From Bdellovibrio sp. (lineage in GTDB: Bacteria > Bdellovibrionota > Bdellovibrionia > Bdellovibrionales > Bdellovibrionaceae), in assembly GCA_036677065.1 (NCBI GenBank), contig JAKFBS010000004.1, positions 608,001-672,000 on the forward strand: a DNA stretch of 64,000 bases, in the 5' to 3' direction. A program made the translations under genes and the position numbers. Under the pieces are notes generated by a model. It was not told where the DNA came from, made no database searches, and was given only the letters and a program-made list of their open reading frames with translations. Positions 58,501 through 64,000 of this stretch are shown here, piece after piece (positions within the stretch are counted from its first letter, which is position 1; every line of letters starts with the position of its first letter).

Positions 58501-60324
58501 CTCATCGATGCTCAGACGCCGGTAGTTTCGGGCGCTTGGACAACTTCATCGACTCCTGCTTATTTGCGTTTTTTGACAACTGATGTTGGATCAACGGCAG
58601 GTGTTGTGCGTATGACGATTAAGGAAAATGGAGATGTCGGCATCGGCACATCGACTCCTGGAGCGCGCTTGCAGGTAGCAACACCTGCAAGTGGAGGCGT
58701 AAATAACCGTTGGGTTTCTGGTAATTCAAACGGTGATCTTATCGATATAACGGGCAGCAATGGTGATATGTATTTAGATCACAGTGTTGGCGCACGTATG
58801 ACGGCTTCAACATCAACGACAATAAATCGTGCAGCGACATTTAAAATTGACGCCGCACCAAATATAGATGCGGCAGCCTCTTCGACATTAATCGTAAATA
58901 ATCTTTACGCACTATGGGTTGAAGAGGGCACATCACTTTTTGGTGGTAATGTTGGCGTCGGAGTTTCAGGAACTCCGTCTTCGTACGGCCATGGTGGAAC
59001 AAATAAATTTATCGAAATTCAAAATCCAGGCACCACTGTAAATGCGCAATCGCACTTATTTTTAACCACAGGCGTGTCTGCAATTAGTGGAACTTCAATT
59101 GGAACCTTAACCTGGGCCCAGCCAAATGTTTCCAGCGTCAGAAAAGAAGTGGCGTGGATTAGTGCAAGTTCTGACTCGGCCAGTGGCGCAGCGCCAGCAG
59201 CGAATTTTCAAATTCATACTCGTTCAATGACTGATGCATCTCCGATTGAGCGTGTGCGCGTAACTGCTTCGGGCCGTTTAGGTATCGGGGTATCAAATCC
59301 TGTCACAATATTTTCAAATGTGGCATCTACAGCTAACCATTCTAATGTGGGTGATCAAAATGGTACTGGCGAAAATTCAAATTCATTGAGCTGGTCGACA
59401 AATTCAGCTGGTTATTCTGCCGCGATCACGAATACGTCGAATGGGGTGGGAGCGAATGGTTTAAATCTCAGAACGCTGGGAACAACTTCGAGTTACACGA
59501 TTCTATCAGCCGGAGTTGGTGTGAGTTCTACGGCAAATAGTTATGATGTTCTCACTGTAAAAGCCAGTCGACAAGTCGGCATCAATCAAGCTTCTCCGTT
59601 GGGCGCTTTAACAGTTAATGGAACCATGGCTCTTCAGCCCTCAACGAGTGATCATATTTATATGGAATTTTATGCGCGTACGGCAACGCCAACAACGCGT
59701 TCAGGCTGGTTTGGTTATGGCGTAGCAGGAACAAACTTACTTTCAATCACCAATCAAACTACGGGGCATATTAATATTGATCCAGCAGGCGGTGGTTTTG
59801 TAGGTATCGATAACGCAAATCCAACGCGCCTATTGCACGTCGGAAATTCAGCCATTGCGGCAGGAACTCCTGTAGCAAATTTTCAGAATGCTGACGGAAC
59901 ATGTACATTAACACCTGCAGCTGCGGGTTCGGGAGTGGCCTGTTCATCAGATGAAAGATTAAAAGAAAATTTTATTGATCTTGGTGGAATTAAAGCCTTA
60001 GAAAAAATCTTAAAATTTCAAGCCGTAAGTTATAATTTTAAAACAGCAAAAGATTCTGACCGTCACACAGGATACAGAGCTCAAGAAGTGCAAAAAATAC
60101 TACCCGAGATCGTGCGCACAGATGATAATGGTTTTTTTCAAGTTTATTACGATGCCCTAATTCCATGGATCACCGAGGCCATCAAAGAATTGTATTCTTC
60201 GCAACAAACACAAGCGCGCGAGATTGCCTCAGTCAAGGCCGAGAACGCTGAAATTAAAGCAGAGAATATGAAGCTAAAAGAACGTTTAGATCGCTTAGAA
60301 AAAGCTTTCAACGACAAAAAATAG
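55528..60324 (+). CDS. Fibre 5: mosaic fibre adhesin with S74 chaperone
   Basis: 1598 aa; N-domain, SDERLKE (Ser codon at 59947), GYRAQEV and a C-terminal coiled coil. Confidence 0.9.
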   Translation: MNTARKQMRFLLLVAVATMLLPAINTFAGPGQTTYQAKIIKPDGYPLESSSVNFKFTILNPAGDCILFAETYSSVNMNSTGGLISFSLGSGVKTYPVSSPTFEDVFSNITPSLSCDAGGPVSYSPLATDIRKIVMQFHDGNGWQTLPAMNINAVPYAMYANDALKLNGKTDTDFVQVSVVPTCTASEAIRYNGTSFSCVDIGGSGAVSSGSVITALGYTPADGASLTTITSNISNVSSTVFSVSSTVSSLTNSVAASFAAITSSQWLTSGTTISYESGNVGIGTSSNATKLVVSGGVRISMEPASCDATLAGTLRYNSGLVEYCNGALWSAFGVAGAGITSVNGSTSGSQTFATGITGTVFNITSNNGVHTFNIPLAASGSVTAGLLSNADYATFTNKVSATSAAVVSALGYTPASATTVSALTSNLAAVSASVAAITSSQWVTSSTSINYVAGNVGIGTANPTGSLHLALNNSGTAMSTISDAFILQNKNAAANALTSIMFANQDGFGTGQITALQNTGNFGSKMIFGTKSGGGGAWNTSQMVLDTNGYVGIGTATPQTQLDVSGSVVIGNLAANNASLTIYTPDSGSASHGVILIDKDAGYGSWQNPSGLDGIDADSSGTVIGWGPLYFNYYSTDNIDFNNGGGNSSFNGRVAIGMGSAPTAKLHIAAGTSSTAALKFVSGTLLTTPQTGAVEFNGFNLYITDGTGTRRAIATSSSSGTMDNVSNINASTNMTLTPVGSVVVSSTTISTSANTGALVVKGGLGVAGTINTAGSLNVSGTAAIAGTLNLSSMTSGSVLFAGANGTVTQNNSSLYWDGANRRLGIGTNAPQMKLHVASGPVLIGANIGGYSTEGLIVNTSSQRSDISLMHSTTGVTQTSDGFNMALVFNNVDFDLRENGYMRFLTNSAEQVRITSTGNVGIGTTTPTHKLDVMGYLKTSNYGSSAGSAAGLYLYRSQGGSAGAEVAPAGGVGVGFLSFAGYRGDATLGTGALIDAQTPVVSGAWTTSSTPAYLRFLTTDVGSTAGVVRMTIKENGDVGIGTSTPGARLQVATPASGGVNNRWVSGNSNGDLIDITGSNGDMYLDHSVGARMTASTSTTINRAATFKIDAAPNIDAAASSTLIVNNLYALWVEEGTSLFGGNVGVGVSGTPSSYGHGGTNKFIEIQNPGTTVNAQSHLFLTTGVSAISGTSIGTLTWAQPNVSSVRKEVAWISASSDSASGAAPAANFQIHTRSMTDASPIERVRVTASGRLGIGVSNPVTIFSNVASTANHSNVGDQNGTGENSNSLSWSTNSAGYSAAITNTSNGVGANGLNLRTLGTTSSYTILSAGVGVSSTANSYDVLTVKASRQVGINQASPLGALTVNGTMALQPSTSDHIYMEFYARTATPTTRSGWFGYGVAGTNLLSITNQTTGHINIDPAGGGFVGIDNANPTRLLHVGNSAIAAGTPVANFQNADGTCTLTPAAAGSGVACSSDERLKENFIDLGGIKALEKILKFQAVSYNFKTAKDSDRHTGYRAQEVQKILPEIVRTDDNGFFQVYYDALIPWITEAIKELYSSQQTQAREIASVKAENAEIKAENMKLKERLDRLEKAFNDKK

Positions 60325-60331
60325 TCTGCGA

Positions 60332-60348
60332 AATCTCAAATTGAAACA
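60332..60348. promoter_or_regulatory. Degenerate operator upstream of fibre 6
   Basis: AATCTCA-aat-TGAAACA, starting 117 bp before the GTG. Confidence 0.5.
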
Positions 60349-60434
60349 CTCGAAATTTTTTTAGAATGATCTAATTGTAGCAGTCGTTTACCAATGAAAA
60401 TCTGTTTCTGAAGCCTCTAGGAGTAAGCACTTTT

Positions 60435-60442
60435 GCCGATAA
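60435..60442 (+). promoter_or_regulatory. sigma28 -10 box, fibre 6
   Basis: Perfect GCCGATAA, 6 nt before the GTG. Confidence 0.75.
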
Positions 60443-60448
60443 GAAAGT

Positions 60449-63154
60449 GTGGGAACTTACGCACGTCATATACTTTCCATTATAGCCGTTTTAGGACTGG
60501 GATTTTCGTCCTATGCCACGCCTTTGCGTACAACTTACCAAGCTAAAATTGTAAAACCCGATGGCTATCCGCTGGAAGCGGCCAGTGTTAATTTCAGATT
60601 TACTATTTTAGATCCGTCAGCATCATGTGCGATTTATGTTGAAGACTATGCCGCAGTTAACATGCAAGACAGCGGCGGATTAATTTCTTTTTCGCTGGGG
60701 TCGGGCGTTCGTTCTTTTCCGACAAGCGGAACAACAGCCACATTTGCAAATGTATTTAATAATTCAACGCCATCATTTAGTTGTGCAACTCCAGGAATTT
60801 ATTCTCCAACGGTTACAGACAATCGAAAAATTGTTATGCAGTTTCAAGATACGAGTGGCTGGCAAACACTTCCGGCAATGACGATCAATGCTGTGCCTTA
60901 TGCGATGTATGCAGGTCTTGCTGATAATTCAAATTTATTTAATAACAAAGCTGATACAGCTTTTGTACAGTACTCAACGATACCAACATGTACGGCGTCG
61001 CAAGCCTTACAATACAATGGGGCAAGTTTTGTTTGTATAGCCGCAGGCGGTGGCGGGTCATCGTATACCGTAACAGCAGGAGATGTAACTTCGGCACTCG
61101 GGTACACGCCGGTAAGTCCTGCGTCACATTCAACGGTGACTTCGACGGTAAATTCATTAGGTACTTCGCTGACCACAGTCACTTCACTGGTAAATAATCT
61201 AACCAGCTCGATGACAAGTATGGTGTCTTCACAATGGATCACCAGCGGAACATCAATCTCTTATAGCGCTGGCAATGTCGGCATAAGCGGACGTGCGCTG
61301 ATCGGAAGTCAGGCCGCAAGTGCTACTTTTGATTTTGGTGGTATCCTTGGCGCCAACGCGACTTATAAATCACCATTATTAATTCAAGAAACGATTAATG
61401 ATATGGCCTCTGAGTACACCTTGGGTTATGGCTCGTCGTTAAAATTAAATCCGGTTACAGGAACCAACAATATTGCTTTCGGCGGACTTAGTTTTGTGCA
61501 AACTGAATTCAGTAACCCAGCCAGTTATAGTTTGGTCTATGCCCATCACGGCATCGCCGAACATCGCGGTTCTGGAGCTATGACTGATCTTGGCGGCGTT
61601 GGTGGGTTGGCACTTGCGAATACTTCGGGAACACTTTACAACCTGCGTGGTCTTGAAGGTCACGCCTATGTTGTGGGCGGTGCGGTCACACATAGTATGG
61701 GTGGTCAGTTTGAATCACTCAATATGGGTACAACTCCGATAATTAATAATTATGGTGTCAGAATTAATGCGGCCACTGGGTTAATTAACAATAACTATGG
61801 TTTGTATGTGCACAATCAATCTAGCACAGGCACTTCTTCGACTTATAATATTTATTCAGAAGGAACAAATTCAAGTAACGTTTTTATGGGGCTTGTCGGC
61901 ATTGGTACAGCCACTCCAATCACAAAATTAGAAGTCAGTGGCGGTATCAAGATCAGTATGGAAGCCGCAGCTTGTTCTGTAAATTATGCAGGAACATTAA
62001 GATACTCTGCAGGCAACGTTGAATTTTGTAACGGCTCTTCGTGGTCAGCGCTGGGCGTAGCCGGAGCATCCATCGATTTAGGCAGCGCACAGGTTTCAGG
62101 AACTTTGGCCGCTGCAAGACTTCCGGCATTTAGCGGCGATGCTTCATCATCGATTGGATCTTCGGTTTTAACTTTAGCTAATGTGGGTGCTGGCGTAACC
62201 AGTGGAACACAATACACAAAAGTTCGAGTCGATGGCAAAGGCCGCGTGACCAGTGGGTCACAATTAGCAGCCTCAGATATCACCACAGCTTTAGGTTATA
62301 CACCTGGGGTCAGTGGTGCAGGTTCATCGCAATGGGTTACCTCGGGTACAGCAATTCATTATGCATCGGGTAACGTCGGTATTGGAGCGGTAGCACCCGC
62401 TACGGTCTTAGAAGTTAAGGGCGGAAGTTTAGCTGGAGTACAAGAGGTGGCTCGGTTTGGATATAACCTAGATTCAAATACGCCAGGTAAAGGTATTCGC
62501 TTAGGTTTAAATTCATTTGGTACAGTTTTCATTGGTTCACATTACGCATCCAATGCTCCGCAAAGTTATGACATGACTTTTGGTACCTACAATGGCGGCA
62601 CTGCAGAGCGTATGCGTATTACTGGTGCAGGTCATGTCGGAGTTGGCATTTCTGCTCCAGCTTATCCGCTGAGTGTATCAGGAACAATTTATTCAAATAC
62701 CGGTTTCAGATTTCCAGATAGCTCGACGCAAACGACAGCAAGTATCCGACCGCAAATTTTATTAGGGGGAGGTAACATAACCATTACCACTTCAACCTCG
62801 GGTACACTTTCAACCCAGAACTGGGTGGCTCCGGCTACAGGAAATGTGATGCTGACTTTTAATAAAAAACCACCGTACGTATTTTCGGGCTGCGCCGGTG
62901 GAAACTTAGGATTTTCAATCAGAGTCAATGGCACTGAAGGGTCGCTAACAAACCAAAGCTTTATCACCAACATTCACCGCTTAGCTAATGGTGATGTTCA
63001 CTTTGCACCAGCTATCGACATCTGGAGTGTAACGGCCGGAGTAACCTACACGATCACCACAGAATACTTCTCGCAAAGTTTTTCATCATGCACAGTAAAT
63101 ACGACAGGAAACTCATCAGGCGCCGATCACATCAAGCTAGAGTATGTACAATAA
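60449..63154 (+). CDS. Fibre 6: mosaic fibre adhesin without S74, with a beta-rich C-terminal head
   Basis: 901 aa with the same N-domain and shaft modules. No SDxRxK motif; GFRFPDSSTQTTA precedes a ~130 aa beta-rich head. Confidence 0.85.
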   Translation: MGTYARHILSIIAVLGLGFSSYATPLRTTYQAKIVKPDGYPLEAASVNFRFTILDPSASCAIYVEDYAAVNMQDSGGLISFSLGSGVRSFPTSGTTATFANVFNNSTPSFSCATPGIYSPTVTDNRKIVMQFQDTSGWQTLPAMTINAVPYAMYAGLADNSNLFNNKADTAFVQYSTIPTCTASQALQYNGASFVCIAAGGGGSSYTVTAGDVTSALGYTPVSPASHSTVTSTVNSLGTSLTTVTSLVNNLTSSMTSMVSSQWITSGTSISYSAGNVGISGRALIGSQAASATFDFGGILGANATYKSPLLIQETINDMASEYTLGYGSSLKLNPVTGTNNIAFGGLSFVQTEFSNPASYSLVYAHHGIAEHRGSGAMTDLGGVGGLALANTSGTLYNLRGLEGHAYVVGGAVTHSMGGQFESLNMGTTPIINNYGVRINAATGLINNNYGLYVHNQSSTGTSSTYNIYSEGTNSSNVFMGLVGIGTATPITKLEVSGGIKISMEAAACSVNYAGTLRYSAGNVEFCNGSSWSALGVAGASIDLGSAQVSGTLAAARLPAFSGDASSSIGSSVLTLANVGAGVTSGTQYTKVRVDGKGRVTSGSQLAASDITTALGYTPGVSGAGSSQWVTSGTAIHYASGNVGIGAVAPATVLEVKGGSLAGVQEVARFGYNLDSNTPGKGIRLGLNSFGTVFIGSHYASNAPQSYDMTFGTYNGGTAERMRITGAGHVGVGISAPAYPLSVSGTIYSNTGFRFPDSSTQTTASIRPQILLGGGNITITTSTSGTLSTQNWVAPATGNVMLTFNKKPPYVFSGCAGGNLGFSIRVNGTEGSLTNQSFITNIHRLANGDVHFAPAIDIWSVTAGVTYTITTEYFSQSFSSCTVNTTGNSSGADHIKLEYVQ

Positions 63155-63193
63155 AAACCAGCTAAAACTGAACTTTCAATGACGCATTATCAG

Positions 63194-63236
63194 CACTCAG
63201 GGTTTGGGATAACATTGTAATCCGAAACCCTGAGCG
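63194..63236. repeat. 43-bp imperfect palindrome, REP-like element, copy C
   Basis: CACTCAGGGTTTGGGATAACA-T-TGTAATCCGAAACCCTGAGCG, preceded by ATGACGCA as in the reverse complement of copy B. Confidence 0.82.
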
Positions 63237-63289
63237 TCGGAAATTAAGCACATTCTTTTGATTTCAATTTCCGGTGAGCGGATTCTTGA

Positions 63290-63493
63290 GCCAGATACGT
63301 CGAAATTCTTAAAGAAGAGTTTATTCAACGAAGAACAAAAAATGTTTTCTATTCGCTGCGAAGTTTTGCCAAAGATTTAGAGCTAAACCCGATGCATTTA
63401 TGGTCTTTGCCATGCGCGCTAAGACTCATGACTTGCGACGAAGGTCTTAAGGTCTTAACAAGAGCGTTTAAAATTGAGATCTGTTTAAAATAA
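63290..63493 (+). pseudogene. Degenerate remnant of the same HTH family as 23180-23530
   Basis: The frame reads ARYVEILKEEFIQRRTKNVFYSLRSFAKDLELNPMHLW. It is preceded by an in-frame TGA (63287), has no start codon before the homologous part, and loses similarity after HL. Confidence 0.65.
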
Positions 63494-63533
63494 CGCTATG
63501 TTTTAATCTAGGCGCAGCCTAGTTAGGAAACTA

Positions 63534-64000
63534 ATGAGTTTTGAAGTTTACAAACCAACGTATAAGTCTCTGTTTCGTAAAATTGCAATTGGTTCTTGGT
63601 GGAACGCCGGCGACCCCTCTGTGTACGGCATGGTTGATGTCGATATGACTGAAGCTTTAAAATATATTGAAAAAATTAAAAGCGAAAAAAATGTTTCTCT
63701 GACGCCGACTCATCTCGTAGGGCAAGCCGTGGTTGAGTGTTTAAAAGTTCGTCCTGAAGTGAATTCAATCATGATTCGCCATCAAATTTATTACCGAAAA
63801 AATATCGATATCTTTTTTCAGGTGAATATCGAGGGTGACGACGCTGGTGATAAAACAGCAAAAGCTGAATTATCTGGTGTGACACTTCGTAAATTACAAA
63901 ATAAATCTATTTTTCAATTGGCTGAAGAGTTAAAAAACAAGGGCACTAAATTAAAGAAAAATAAAGAAGGTGAACTGATGAAAGTTCGCTCGACGATGCA
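63534..64000 (+). CDS. Stand-alone 2-oxoacid dehydrogenase E2-like acyltransferase catalytic domain protein, partial
   Basis: Not in the ORF track because it runs off the edge. AGGA SD, then MSFEVYKPTYKSLFRKIAIGSWWNAGDPSVYGMVDVDMTEALKYI...LTPTHLVGQAVVECLKVRPEVNS, open to the window end. Confidence 0.75.
   Translation, partial: MSFEVYKPTYKSLFRKIAIGSWWNAGDPSVYGMVDVDMTEALKYIEKIKSEKNVSLTPTHLVGQAVVECLKVRPEVNSIMIRHQIYYRKNIDIFFQVNIEGDDAGDKTAKAELSGVTLRKLQNKSIFQLAEELKNKGTKLKKNKEGELMKVRSTM

Noticed and set aside
1554..62973. Short antisense or overlapping ORFs of 60-145 aa in the ORF track
   Set aside because: They lie inside well-supported genes, show no recognisable motifs and are expected shadows of biased codon usage.
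31047..63154. Prophage or tailocin, suggested by tail-fibre repeats and S74 domains
   Set aside because: No integrase, terminase, capsid, sheath, baseplate or lysis genes. Every fibre has a Sec-type signal peptide and a host sigma28-type promoter.
31047..63154. Shufflon or invertible tip cassettes
   Set aside because: All modules are on the same strand. No inverted silent cassettes and no site-specific recombinase were seen.

Overview
This AT-rich bacterial chromosome segment is most consistent with a predatory Bdellovibrionota, inferred from the fibre N-terminal domain and the HTH family rather than from a database search. Bases 1-31 kb are mostly housekeeping genes: an Omp85 (partial) plus TamB-like pair, efp, ruvCAB, lpxC, ald, a competence cluster (split comEC, LysM protein, dprA), lptF, trxA and a glutaredoxin, dus, fumC and a UvrD/Rep helicase. 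Bases 31-63 kb are a ~32 kb tandem array of six large, secreted, phage-tail-fibre-like proteins of the mosaic adhesive trimer type. Five of the six end in a peptidase-S74 auto-cleaving chaperone. Fibres 1 and 2 share a near-identical tip, and each is translationally coupled to a secreted double fibrinogen-like protein, a candidate separately encoded tip adhesin. All six fibre genes start with GTG 6-7 nt after a sigma28-type -10 box (apparently leaderless), and five carry a TGTTTCA-N3-TGAAACA-type operator. Non-coding finds: a candidate CsrA-sponge sRNA with two AUGGAU-loop hairpins, a matching candidate CsrA target hairpin, a three-copy 43-bp REP-like palindrome with compensatory changes, and a recurrent triloop hairpin in front of ribosome-binding sites. 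All calls come from reading the sequence by eye; no searches were run.
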